From: an uncultured Nitrososphaerota archaeon
GTDB lineage: Archaea > Thermoproteota > Nitrososphaeria > Nitrososphaerales > Gagatemarchaeaceae
Assembly: GCA_963703285.1 (NCBI GenBank)
Contig: OY969807.1
Location: 1,760,001-1,824,000 of the forward strand
DNA: 64,000 bases
Reading direction: 5' to 3'
Shown here: positions 10,120-19,857 of the stretch, piece after piece
Numbering within the stretch: position 1 is the stretch's first letter
Layout of the letters: each line of letters opens with the position of its first letter
The notes under the pieces: model-generated
Database searches by the model: none
Seen by the model: only the letters and a program-made list of their open reading frames with translations
Told to the model about the DNA's origin: nothing
Translations under genes and position numbers: made by a program

Positions 10120-11415
10120 CTACGGGCTCGACGGGGCTCGTCCTCGTGCAGTTTCCAAAACGGATTTGGTCGAATTGCCATTCCTCATGCTTAGGAGAAG
10201 AAAGAGCGAAGAGAATGCCGCCAAGATTGCAACGACCGAAAAGCCGAACGCGGGAGAGATAGCTACTATGAGTATCCCGATCAGCGCGCTCGAAGTGAAA
10301 TCACCGACGCCATTCACGGTCTGAAGCACGCCGAATCCGGTGCCTTTGGGCGACTGACCAAGAATCTCAGAGGCGTACGTCTTCTCTACAGTGTCGACTA
10401 TGGCGGATTGCAAACCCGCTAGCACAAAAATCGCTCCAAGAATCAGATAGTTGGCCGACTCGAATATCGAAGCAACGCAGGCCAACGCGAACACAAAGTA
10501 GCCGAGGGCCAGCAGGTTCCTCTTCGACACCTTATCAGCGAAGTAGCCGGCCGGATAGCATCCGACGGCATAGATTACGTTCAGCACGACGTACAAGAGA
10601 ACGGCGAGCTCGGTCGCTTGTGATTGTCCGAGAGAGGGCTGAAGGACTTGTTCTGCCCGCAATGTGAAAAATACGTTAGAGAAATTTGCGATGCCGAACA
10701 GACCTACGCTTATGAGAAGCAGCCTGAAGTTCTTGGGCAGGGCCCTTACCATCAGTGAGAAGGACGGTGTACCACCTTTGTTCAAATCCGACCCCTTCTT
10801 CAGCACCTCTCTGACGAGCAGGAAGAGCACTGCGACGCAGACCGCAGCCGGAATGGCCGAAACAAAGAAGATCTTAGAAAATGGAAGGTACGGTATCAAC
10901 AGGAGGACTATCGCCGGTCCGACCACCGCTCCGAGAGAATCGAGCGCCCTTTCGAAACCAAACGCCTTCCCGATTGAAGACGGACTGACAGAATCGGTCA
11001 TGAGCGCGTCTCTCGGCGGCCCCCTGGCACCCCTTCCTGTCCACGCTCCCACCCTCAACAGGAAGACCTCTGCGAGATTCGTGGCAAAGCCGATGGCGGG
11101 AATCAGGATTCCGGTCGCGAGATAGCCCAGATACATGATTGGCAATCGCTTTCCTGATTTATCGGAATGATAGCCGGAATACGATTTGAACAGACTCGCA
11201 AGTCCATCTGCCGACCCTTCGATAAGTCCCACAGCTGCCGCGTTCCCGCCAAGGGTGAATATCACAAAGAAGGGCAGAATCGCGGTAGCCATCTCATGGC
11301 TCATGTCCGAGAACAAGCTGGTAAGGCCGATGCCCAGTACGTTACCATTCAGCCAGGCGCGGTCGGGTGTCGATGAAGGAGTGGATGGGACCTTTCTGTC
11401 TTCGGTATCGGCCAC
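10120..11415 (-). CDS. MFS transporter
   Basis: 12-TM pattern; SLFSDMSHEM, GYHSDKSGKR, GRGARGPPRDAL; GTG start inferred. Confidence 0.9.
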   Translation of the reverse strand: MADTEDRKVPSTPSSTPDRAWLNGNVLGIGLTSLFSDMSHEMATAILPFFVIFTLGGNAAAVGLIEGSADGLASLFKSYSGYHSDKSGKRLPIMYLGYLATGILIPAIGFATNLAEVFLLRVGAWTGRGARGPPRDALMTDSVSPSSIGKAFGFERALDSLGAVVGPAIVLLLIPYLPFSKIFFVSAIPAAVCVAVLFLLVREVLKKGSDLNKGGTPSFSLMVRALPKNFRLLLISVGLFGIANFSNVFFTLRAEQVLQPSLGQSQATELAVLLYVVLNVIYAVGCYPAGYFADKVSKRNLLALGYFVFALACVASIFESANYLILGAIFVLAGLQSAIVDTVEKTYASEILGQSPKGTGFGVLQTVNGVGDFTSSALIGILIVAISPAFGFSVVAILAAFSSLFLLLSMRNGNSTKSVLETARGRAPSSP

Positions 11416-11562
11416 GTTGGGGCGTTCGCGTCGCCGAGTCTTAGAGGTTTGGATGAGAAACGGACGAGACAATCGCATAGCATCACACCAGTTCACCGCG
11501 CAAATCCAGACCTAGCTCTTGAAGCGATACAGTTTTGTCCGAACGTTAGAATCTCCACGGAT

Positions 11563-11877
11563 TCACGATTCTGGAACCGATCTGAGTAGTCTTTTCGCAG
11601 CGTATACCCCCCGGTCCACTTTTTGCACATCGTCCTCCTCGTATTCACAAATTTTATCGCAAGTTTCCTTCAGGGCAGTGACAGCCGATTCAATCGCTCG
11701 AAGCTTAGATTCTATCTCAAGGTCTCTTGCATCTATTCGTGCGCAGAGGCGGAACAGCACGATATGGTCGACCTGTTCGTATACCAATTCCAACGGCACT
11801 CCTATCGGTCGGCTTCGTCGGACTCGGTACTTTGTAGACGCACGAGCTATTGTGAAGAAGACTTTCTGCTTCGCCAC
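11563..11877 (-). CDS. Hypothetical protein
   Basis: ORF with helical, charged C-terminal half; no family recognised. Confidence 0.3.
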   Translation of the reverse strand: MAKQKVFFTIARASTKYRVRRSRPIGVPLELVYEQVDHIVLFRLCARIDARDLEIESKLRAIESAVTALKETCDKICEYEEDDVQKVDRGVYAAKRLLRSVPES

Positions 11878-12060
11878 CAGCGTAGCAGTAGTTCATGAGG
11901 GGTGGTGTGACGTGTGTAGTGGTCAGACGGGAGCCTCCTCCCGATTACGTTTGCGATGACTGCGAGCGCGACGACGACGGTGGAGAAGTAGTTGCGTGCG
12001 GAGCTGCAAGCCGCGCCGAAGGAAAGACTCATGATGGGCGCACCAGGGGTCGAATGAGTC

Positions 12061-13098
12061 ATGACTGTGTTGAGTAGGACCGTCGTAATCGTCGTGCTGC
12101 TCCTCATTGTCGCGCTCGCTTCTGTAGTCGTCTTGTCTGGGCCTCTGACGGGGACGCAATCGTCCACAGAGACATCGACCCAAAGCTCCTCCGAATCGGC
12201 TACCGGGACAGTGACACAGACGTCGACGGCATCGAGTAGCCAGTCCTCCGGGGCGAGCCCGATACAGCACGTCATAATCATCCTGATGGAGAACGAGGAG
12301 TACAGCAGCGTGATAGGGAATCCCTCAGCTCCCTACGAGAACCTCCTGGCCTCTCGCTACGCGCTCGCAGGGGAGTATTTCGCGGTCTCCCATCCATCGC
12401 TCCCCAACTACATCGCGCTGATTGCTGGGAGCACGTTCGGTGTCACGAGCGACTGCCTTCCCGCCCAGTGCAGCGTGAACTCATCGAGCATAGTCACCCT
12501 CCTGCAGAGCCACAATCTGACCTGGGAGGAGTACGCGGAGTCCATGCCGACGAACTGCTCACAGTCGGTCAGCCCCGACGGCCTGTATCAGCCGAAGCAC
12601 AACCCGTTCGTGTACTTCTCTAGTATCACAGGAAACAACGGCACGGGACAGACCTCAGAGTACTGCGACTCGCACGTAGTTCCCATGTCTCAGTTCTGGA
12701 CCGATTTAGCGGAGAACGCTCTTCCAAACTATGCGTTCATAACCCCGAACAATTGCGACGACGCGCACAGCTGCCCCCTCTCAACGGGAGACCAATGGCT
12801 CTCAACCGTCGTCCCGAGGATAATCAACTCGAGCTCCTTCTCATCGACCGCCCTCTTCATTACGTACGACGAGGGGAGCACGAACTCGGGCTTCGGATCC
12901 AACGCGGGCGGCCAGGTGACGTGCATCCTCATCTCTCCCTTTGCGAAGCAGGGATACACTTCGGATGTGCAGTACTCCCACTACTCGCTGCTAGCGACGG
13001 TGGAGGCCATATTCAAGCTCGGGAGCCTAGGGAGGAACGACGCCGAAGCCCCACCCATGACCGACCTCTTCTCCCAGCAGGTCTTCCCGCTCGGATAA
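12061..13098 (+). CDS. Secreted/membrane-anchored acid phosphatase (phosphoesterase family, SapM-like)
   Basis: N-terminal TM, Ser/Thr linker, HVIIILMEN, HPSLPNY, KHNPF, ITYDEG, SHYSLLATVE. Confidence 0.88.
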   Translation: MTVLSRTVVIVVLLLIVALASVVVLSGPLTGTQSSTETSTQSSSESATGTVTQTSTASSSQSSGASPIQHVIIILMENEEYSSVIGNPSAPYENLLASRYALAGEYFAVSHPSLPNYIALIAGSTFGVTSDCLPAQCSVNSSSIVTLLQSHNLTWEEYAESMPTNCSQSVSPDGLYQPKHNPFVYFSSITGNNGTGQTSEYCDSHVVPMSQFWTDLAENALPNYAFITPNNCDDAHSCPLSTGDQWLSTVVPRIINSSSFSSTALFITYDEGSTNSGFGSNAGGQVTCILISPFAKQGYTSDVQYSHYSLLATVEAIFKLGSLGRNDAEAPPMTDLFSQQVFPLG

Positions 13099-13228
13099 GA
13101 CATCCAATCTCCAAGTCCGGCGAGACCCAAGGGATTTCATATCCCTTTCCAGCAGCGTTGACGCAGCGTATACCGCTGGTCGACTCCATTTTCGCTGCTA
13201 AACTTGGCCTTTAGATACAACGTGAAAG

Positions 13229-13978
13229 TCAGAACCCTCCCAGCCCATAGAGAACCAGGAATGAGGAGAGATTCAGCACATAGAAGACGACGACCATCAC
13301 CATGGCGGTTACGATTACGCACGCGAAGACCCTGCTCGCCGGGGCCCTGAGAACAATCCCGAGGCCCACGTACAATATGTAGAGTCCATAGAGGGACCCT
13401 AGCAGGAGGAATGCCAGGACGAGGATGCCCGCAAAGAGGCTAACAACGTTTACTATCGCAACGAGGAATACAGGGGTGTAAACATAGGACACGAGCATCA
13501 TCGCCTTGTTCGGATCCGCTATCGATGCGAACCTGGGAGCAAGCCTCCACAGAGTCAAACCCACAATTGCTACGCTTACGATATCAAAGACGTAGGCCAG
13601 CACGAGACTCTCGACGAAGTGTGCATAAGCGCTCGAAGTTGCGCTGACGAACAACAAGTCTCCGATGAGCGCGGAAGCCACGGGAATGAGGGCGAGAACC
13701 GCGACGTAGCCAACGATTGTCGACCTGAGAGAAGGAGCTATGTCCGCTCGCAGTTCCATGAAGGCCCTCGGATTCCTTACAAGGGCGATAGCGTCTCGGA
13801 ACGTCTCCGCTATGCCTGTCCTTGATGGTGCGCCGCCTTGTGCACCCGGCTTGGCGAGCAATCCCGGTGACCTCGCCAGTCCGGGAAAGGAAGAAGGATC
13901 AGGTTCAATATTGGTCCCGCAAGGAGCGCAGAATGCGGCGTTCTCGCCATTCACCGTCCCACTCTTGGGACAGAACAA
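13229..13978 (-). CDS. Zinc-ribbon/Yip1-domain membrane protein (first Cys pair degenerate, CPKS)
   Basis: 5 TM Yip1 pattern (SYVYTP, LYGLYILYVGL); paralogue of 33123-33824. Confidence 0.8.
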   Translation of the reverse strand: MFCPKSGTVNGENAAFCAPCGTNIEPDPSSFPGLARSPGLLAKPGAQGGAPSRTGIAETFRDAIALVRNPRAFMELRADIAPSLRSTIVGYVAVLALIPVASALIGDLLFVSATSSAYAHFVESLVLAYVFDIVSVAIVGLTLWRLAPRFASIADPNKAMMLVSYVYTPVFLVAIVNVVSLFAGILVLAFLLLGSLYGLYILYVGLGIVLRAPASRVFACVIVTAMVMVVVFYVLNLSSFLVLYGLGGF

Positions 13979-14173
13979 GGCCCTTTTTCTAGGAGGGCTG
14001 TCTAATTAATGATTGTAGGACCCCGGCACTCTGGATAGTCCTCAATCCCGTGATTAAGCTGAAGGGCTATCCCGAGCAGGCGCGCGACCACCTTGACGAG
14101 CCGGCAGGCGCGGAAGCGCGGTGAGTCGCTCCAGATGAGCCAGCCGATAACACGACCGTCTGGACTTGCGCAG

Positions 14174-14947
14174 CTATCCGACGAAGCAGATCTCGGGCGT
14201 CCTCTTCTTGTGGAATGAGGAATCGAAGCGGGCTATGACGCCTTCGACCTTCGCCTGATTCCTCTTCACCATCACCGAGATGGAAGCCGCATCGAGACCG
14301 CGGTCGAACCTCAGCTTGAGTATCTGGTCCGTCGTGTCGTAGTCCATGCCTGCCTCCAACTTGGAGCGCGTCGCCCACACCCTCGCCGTTCTCTTCTTCG
14401 CGACTATCCTCCTGTTAATCCCCAGGACCTCGCCGAGTTTCCTCACCTCCGTCTTGTAGAGGTCGCCTATCGGCAGTATGTCCACTCCCCCGTTGCCGTA
14501 CTTGGTGAAGTGCCCCGGCAGAATCTCCGATTTGTCCAAAGACCCCGCCACGAGCCTGTTCGAGAGGTTCGCCTCGTAGTAGAGTATCGACATCCTGATC
14601 CTCGCCGCGAGGTTCTCTTCGGCCACCCTGTTGCCCTCCAGGACCCTTGCGAACGCTTTGTGGATGGGCGCGATGTCGAACCGCCCGACGTCGAGGCAGA
14701 GCTCGTTAGCCACTATCTTCGCGTCGGGCACGTCCTACTCCGCGGCCGTCCGAAGGTCCGACATTATCAGCCCCATCACCCTCCTACTTCCCAGGGCCTC
14801 CACGCAGAGATGTGCCGTCACAGCGGAGTCAACCTCGCCGTCGAGCGCGACCAGCACGCCATCGGTCTGCGACTCCTCTACCTCCGACCTGATGAAGTGG
14901 GTGATTTTCCGCTTGACGTCGGAGAGGTCCAGCTCGGCTCTTTGCAA
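14174..14947 (-). pseudogene. nadE: NH3-dependent NAD+ synthetase, interrupted by an in-frame TAG and with degenerate motifs
   Basis: NLAARIRM, FTKYGNGGVD, PIGDLYKTEV; TAG at 14735-14737; PP-loop SGGxDS altered to DGEVDS. Confidence 0.85.
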
Positions 14948-14986
14948 TGCCGTGGAGTGGTTCTCTCATTCGAGAAATACTTTTTC

Positions 14987-16260
14987 GGTTCCGTCAAGTC
15001 TTAGTTTGGTGACTTGGCTTCGAGGCATCGACTCTGAGGATTACCTGCTGTCTCCCGCCTTCAGGGTTCCCCTTCACAGCTTCACCTACCTCGCCTTTGC
15101 TTGACTGGTCGAACCTCAACCAGCCCCTGCGCGAGATGTTGAGAACCGCAACCAGATCACGGTCCATCCACCTCTGGCATTTCTGGCACCATAGTTGTCG
15201 ATGATGTGCTGAATCACCGAGGACTGGCTCTTGGAGTCTCTCCCCGCATCGAGCGCAATCCATTGTAGTGCCTCTTGTCTCGCCTTTGCTCAGGGTGATT
15301 ACAGGTACACCCTCCCACGCTGCCTTGTACTCCACCTGACGCTTCAGCTCGCCGAACGGCCATCGGTTCATCCGTCCTCTGAAGTTTCGACCTTGGCCAT
15401 TCCCCTTGCGATACAACTTTCTGATGTCCTTGATGTTTTCGAAGATGATACACTGTCTGTTCTTCCTGGCGCCTCTGACCACGTTAGTCGAGACGCGATG
15501 AAGTATCTGTCTGACTCGTTCTTGCTTCCTCTGCCCATATTTCATGGCTAGCTTCTTCCTGATTCTGATGTCGCTCCTCTTGAAAGAGCGAATTACACTC
15601 CTCGTATTCTCACCTATCTCAACCACCTTGGATACGTCGTAGTACGTGACCTGTGCTTCGTTTCCCACAGTTACGTTTCGAAGGTTCCTGTCAACTCCCA
15701 CCGCACTTTTCACGCGCTCCATTAACTCTACCGTCTTTGCGATGCAGAGTGAGAGATAACCCTCTGTTATTGTGAAGGAGCGCACATTGATTCCCGATTC
15801 CGACGATAGGATAGCCAGAGTGTGAGAGTTCAACGACACTTCTTGGAAACGACGTTCGCCAAGAGGCAGGAAGAGAGATTCATCCCTGATTTTGAAGCCG
15901 TAACAGGATAAGAGGAGTTGCTTAGAGACATAAGGTCGCTTGGTGGGGAAGCCGCGCTTCATGGATTTCCTTCTTGAAGAGAGTACGCCGGCTGCCTTTG
16001 ATATGGCGCAGAGACGATAATAAGAAGGAACCTCATCATATCGATCTCTCAGCTCTCGGTAAGCAAGGAAAGAGAGTCGTTTCATGGTATGTACGTCGTT
16101 CGCTAGTCCCAACCTGATACAGTCGTTAGTCATCAGTCTGAATTTCTCCATGAGTTCGAGAAGATCGGGAGTCGGCTGGAACCGCTGCTTGACCGACTTC
16201 CGCGCGAGAATGTTTGGCACAGCATCATAGGACGAAGAGTCGATTTAAGCCCCAATGCTG
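14987..16260 (-). mobile_element. Solo tnpB element (IS200/IS605 family, IS1341-like, no tnpA) with putative omega-RNA at its 3' end
   Basis: tnpB with its own TATA (cttaaat near 16244-16250) and a likely right end ...GACTTGACGGAACC at 14987; boundaries approximate. Confidence 0.7.
14994..16220 (-). CDS. tnpB: RNA-guided endonuclease TnpB
   Basis: RuvC D (GVDRN), E (IIFENI), D (DRD); Zn finger CARC...CQKC; QVEYKAAWEG; AVLNI. Confidence 0.93.
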   Translation of the reverse strand: MPNILARKSVKQRFQPTPDLLELMEKFRLMTNDCIRLGLANDVHTMKRLSFLAYRELRDRYDEVPSYYRLCAISKAAGVLSSRRKSMKRGFPTKRPYVSKQLLLSCYGFKIRDESLFLPLGERRFQEVSLNSHTLAILSSESGINVRSFTITEGYLSLCIAKTVELMERVKSAVGVDRNLRNVTVGNEAQVTYYDVSKVVEIGENTRSVIRSFKRSDIRIRKKLAMKYGQRKQERVRQILHRVSTNVVRGARKNRQCIIFENIKDIRKLYRKGNGQGRNFRGRMNRWPFGELKRQVEYKAAWEGVPVITLSKGETRGTTMDCARCGERLQEPVLGDSAHHRQLWCQKCQRWMDRDLVAVLNISRRGWLRFDQSSKGEVGEAVKGNPEGGRQQVILRVDASKPSHQTKT

Positions 16261-16327
16261 AAGAAGGTATCTAACCCGACGAAGAACTCAGCAACTTTTT
16301 CTATGGGACGAATCTGTCACGGCGACA

Positions 16328-17548
16328 ATGAAGCGTCGCGACCTCCCTGACCGTCTCTTCTGGATGGCTGATGAGGACGAGATCAAGAGCGCCGAGACTA
16401 CCGACGTCTACTTCAACAACACGAAGGAGGTCTTGGCCAAGAACGGAATCGACTCCGAGGTGGTCATGGAGGTCTTCGCGAGGGACCTTCCGTACCCCGG
16501 AATCTGGGGTGTCCTCACCGGGGTCTACGAGGTCGCCAAGCTCCTGGAGGGTGTCCCGGTCGACCTCTGGTCCTTCGACGAGGGTTCGATATTCCTCGCG
16601 GACGCGAGGACGACCTTCTACGAGCCGGTCATGACGATAACTGGCAGGTACCGCGACTTCGTCGAGTACGAGAACCCGCTGCTGGGCCTGCTCTCCTCAT
16701 CGACGAGCATCTCGTCCAAGGCCGCACGCTTCAGGGCCGCCGCGGGGGAGAAGACTCTGATCAGCTTCGGGACCCGGAGGGTCCACCCTGCACTGGCTCC
16801 CCTCGTCGAGCGGAGCTGCTACGTGGCCGGCTTCGACAGCGTCTCGAACGTGCTGGGCGCGAAGCTGCTGGGCCTCGAGCCAGCGGGGACAATGCCGCAT
16901 GCGCTCGTGCAGGTCCTGGGAGACCAGGCGGAGGCGTGGCTCCTCTTCGACAGGACGATTCCCAAACGGGTCCCGAGGATAGCGCTAATCGACACCTTCT
17001 GGGACGAGAAGTCGGAGGCCATAAAGGCGTTCGAGACCCTCGGCAGCGACCTGTGGGGCGTCAGGATAGACACCCCGAGTTCGCGCAGGGGAGACCTTCG
17101 GAAGATAATCGAGGAGGTCAGGTGGGAGCTGAACATCAGGGGAGGGAAGGACGTCAAGATAATCGTCTCCGGGAGGCTGAGCGAGGAGAACATTGTACAG
17201 CTGCGCGACCTCGCCGATGGCTTCGGGGTCGGGACGGCCGTGGCATACCCTCCCGTCATCGACTTCAGCGCGAAGATTGTGGAGGTGTTCGATAAGGGGA
17301 AGCGCAGCTTCAGGGCAAAGCGCGGGGGCCTCGGCGGACGCAAGGTCGTCTTCAGGACGAAGGGATTCAGAGATACGGTAGCGCTCGAAGGGACCCCGCC
17401 CCCCAAGAAATCCGAGATGCTACTGAGACAGGTCATGAGCAAGGGAAAGATCATCTCGGAATTCAAGCCGCTCGCCGCAATCCGCGCTCAGACCCTGTCG
17501 GACATCAAGGCCATCGGCGAATCAGAGCCTCAGCTCGGCTGGATGTAG
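16328..17548 (+). CDS. pncB: Nicotinate phosphoribosyltransferase
   Basis: TDVYF, FGTRRVHP, GTMPHA, LIDTF, VRIDTPSSRRG, FGVGT. Confidence 0.93.
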   Translation: MKRRDLPDRLFWMADEDEIKSAETTDVYFNNTKEVLAKNGIDSEVVMEVFARDLPYPGIWGVLTGVYEVAKLLEGVPVDLWSFDEGSIFLADARTTFYEPVMTITGRYRDFVEYENPLLGLLSSSTSISSKAARFRAAAGEKTLISFGTRRVHPALAPLVERSCYVAGFDSVSNVLGAKLLGLEPAGTMPHALVQVLGDQAEAWLLFDRTIPKRVPRIALIDTFWDEKSEAIKAFETLGSDLWGVRIDTPSSRRGDLRKIIEEVRWELNIRGGKDVKIIVSGRLSEENIVQLRDLADGFGVGTAVAYPPVIDFSAKIVEVFDKGKRSFRAKRGGLGGRKVVFRTKGFRDTVALEGTPPPKKSEMLLRQVMSKGKIISEFKPLAAIRAQTLSDIKAIGESEPQLGWM

Positions 17549-17551
17549 ACC

Positions 17552-18121
17552 TTGCCTAAGGCGCTCATCGTCGTAGACCTCCAGAGAGACTTCCTACCGG
17601 GCGGTGCCCTGCCCGTGAGGGGAGGGAACGAGGTGATAGAGCCGGTCAACGCGCTGATTGAACGCTTCAGCGCGGAGCGCGCCCCCATCTTCTTCACGCG
17701 GGACTGGCACCCGGACGACCACGGCTCGTTCAGGTCGCAGGGGGGGACCTGGCCGCCCCACTGCGTGAAGGGCACCCCGGGAGCCGAGTTCCCCTCCTCC
17801 CTCCACGTCCCCAGGGGAGCGGCGATAATCAGCAAGGGGACACGCAGCGACGTCGAGGCGTACTCGGGCTTCGAGGGGACCGACCTGGCGCACCGCTTGA
17901 CGGGCGTGGGCGCGAAGGAACTCTACGTAGTCGGGGTGGCGACCGACTACTGCGTCAAGAACACCGTGATTGACGGGCTGAGGGAAGGGTTCAGCGTCAC
18001 CCTCGTGAGGGACTGCGTGAGAGGCGTCAACCTCAGGCGCACAGACTCGGCCTCGGCGTTCAGGTCCATGATGGCGCACGGAGCAAGGACGACGACCAGC
18101 GGGCGACTCCTCGGGTCATGA
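17552..18121 (+). CDS. pncA: Nicotinamidase/pyrazinamidase
   Basis: VVDLQRDF, DWHP, WPPHCV, KG, YSGF, ATDYCV. Confidence 0.93.
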   Translation: MPKALIVVDLQRDFLPGGALPVRGGNEVIEPVNALIERFSAERAPIFFTRDWHPDDHGSFRSQGGTWPPHCVKGTPGAEFPSSLHVPRGAAIISKGTRSDVEAYSGFEGTDLAHRLTGVGAKELYVVGVATDYCVKNTVIDGLREGFSVTLVRDCVRGVNLRRTDSASAFRSMMAHGARTTTSGRLLGS

Positions 18122-18123
18122 GA

Positions 18124-18196
18124 GGACGCGTGGCGGTTTGGTCTTCATCCTGACTCGCGTCAGTCCAGATCGCCCGTCGAAGCACGCCACGCGTCC
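18124..18196 (-). ncRNA. Candidate kink-turn small RNA (H/ACA-like guide architecture without an ACA box)
   Basis: 12-bp perfect basal stem, internal loop, K-turn (GA/CTGAC-GCGA-GTCAG-GAT-GA) capped by a GNRA loop; TATA-like taagtaaaa about 25 nt upstream. Confidence 0.6.
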
Positions 18197-18343
18197 GGCG
18201 GCCCGAGGGTTCCAGAGCGCTCTTTTACTTATCGGGATGAAGCGCTCTCGCGGCCGTGCCGCGCCTTCAACGCGCGCTATGGTTCGCCCGGCTGAGCCGG
18301 ATAACCGTTAATTACCCGTTCCAAGGTTTGGACGGAGAAAAAC

Positions 18344-18787
18344 TTGCAGCGAGACGACGAGCCCCTCGGCTGGCAGGACGCCCTCGCCCGAGACCCAGAG
18401 TACTACATGAACACCAAGCAGGGCCAGGAGGAGCTCGCCCAGATGATAAGGCGCGAGTCGGAGAGGCTCCTCGAAGAGATCGGCAAGTCCGTCAAGAAGA
18501 CCAAGGAGATCATCTGGCTCTCTCGGTACTGCACCTCCTGCAAGTTCTACTCGAAGGAAGGGTCAAGGATGACCTGCCAGAGGTGGCACGTGAGGATAGT
18601 GAAGCCGTTCTACGGACGTCCGGTATGGGAGTCGAGGCCGGTCAAGGGAAGAGAGAGCGAGAAGGAGAGGGTCGTGGCGAACATAGACTGGACGAAGAAG
18701 TGGAAGGAGATATCAAACAAGATAGTCGAGTGGGCCGTGGACAAGGTCAACGGCGGCTTCCCTTACTTCTGCTACACGCGAGACTAG
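18344..18787 (+). CDS. Hypothetical Cys-containing protein
   Basis: Genome-typical codon usage; CxxC...C...C. Confidence 0.65.
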   Translation: MQRDDEPLGWQDALARDPEYYMNTKQGQEELAQMIRRESERLLEEIGKSVKKTKEIIWLSRYCTSCKFYSKEGSRMTCQRWHVRIVKPFYGRPVWESRPVKGRESEKERVVANIDWTKKWKEISNKIVEWAVDKVNGGFPYFCYTRD

Positions 18788-18822
18788 GAGACCACCTGCT
18801 TCGACCAAGCCGAGTTTGCGAT

Positions 18823-19731
18823 TCAGACCCTGACGACCACACGCTCTCTGGTGTGATCGTACCAGGCCCTGCCCATAGCCTCCGTGTTGAAGGCGGACCC
18901 TACCCTTCCCTTCAGGTCTACTGTAACTATTCCGGCGCTCCTCCTCCCGCTACGCCTGCCGATGAACGCGATCGAGCTCTCGGCCGCCCTAGCAGCGTCG
19001 ACCTCCTTCAGGAACTCGCATGCATTCCAGCAGAGCGCGCACTTGATGATGTCCTCGCCAGTCCCCGTGGCGCAAGCGGCACCCGCTTTTCCGTCGGCGT
19101 AGAGGCCGGCACCGAGCACGGCCGAGTCACCAACCCTGCCTGGCAGCTTCATCCACATTCCTCCGGTGCTCACGGCCGCGGCTGGGACACCATCAGAATC
19201 GATTGCTACTGCGCCAACGGTGTTTCCCTCCTGGATCGACCTGAGCATGGCGAAGTTGAGCTTGTGCTCTCTCCGCATCACGGCCTTCATCGCCGCGAAG
19301 CGTTCCGTTGCCCTCGATGAAGGCTGGAGACGACATGTCCGCAAGCCAGCGGCCTTGGCGAACCGCAGACAGTCTGGCCCGGCGATGAGCACGTGCTCCG
19401 TCTTCTCCATGACGGCCCGCGCCAGCGAGACGGGGTTGAACGTGCACTCGCAGACTCCTATCCCCGCCCCCCTCAGGCCCTTGCCCTCCATCACGGCAGC
19501 GTCGAGCTGGACCGTGCCTTCGGCCGTGAGACAGGCGCCCCTTCCAGCGTTGAACTCGCCGCAGTTTTCCATGTGCCTTACGGCTGCCTCAACGCCATCG
19601 AGAGACGAGCCCTTCTTCAAGGCTACCATCCCCTCCTCGACGGCTACCCGTAGTTCCACGAACCTTCTGTCGCCTTTCGGGAAACGTCCGCTTCCCGCAC
19701 CCCCGTGGATGATCATGGCGCGACGCGACAT
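18823..19731 (-). CDS. Isoaspartyl peptidase/L-asparaginase (Ntn hydrolase)
   Basis: IIHGGAG, FNAGRG, NTVGAVA, STGG, GRVGDS, TGTGE. Confidence 0.93.
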   Translation of the reverse strand: MSRRAMIIHGGAGSGRFPKGDRRFVELRVAVEEGMVALKKGSSLDGVEAAVRHMENCGEFNAGRGACLTAEGTVQLDAAVMEGKGLRGAGIGVCECTFNPVSLARAVMEKTEHVLIAGPDCLRFAKAAGLRTCRLQPSSRATERFAAMKAVMRREHKLNFAMLRSIQEGNTVGAVAIDSDGVPAAAVSTGGMWMKLPGRVGDSAVLGAGLYADGKAGAACATGTGEDIIKCALCWNACEFLKEVDAARAAESSIAFIGRRSGRRSAGIVTVDLKGRVGSAFNTEAMGRAWYDHTRERVVVRV

Positions 19732-19857
19732 AAAGAGAGGACAGAATCATGTCGCCCGGACAGGCTATTTAGCTGGTTTCTTCCACCGACCGTGAACTCT
19801 TCCCGATGACCCCATCTGTGCTCTTCTTGGCCAAGCCCCCTCTTGCCGCAACAGTGA

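Noticed and set aside
18124-18196. Hammerhead ribozyme or C/D-box reading of the hairpin
   Set aside because: Lacks the CUGAUGA...GAAA core and terminal C/D boxes; the K-turn hairpin fits better
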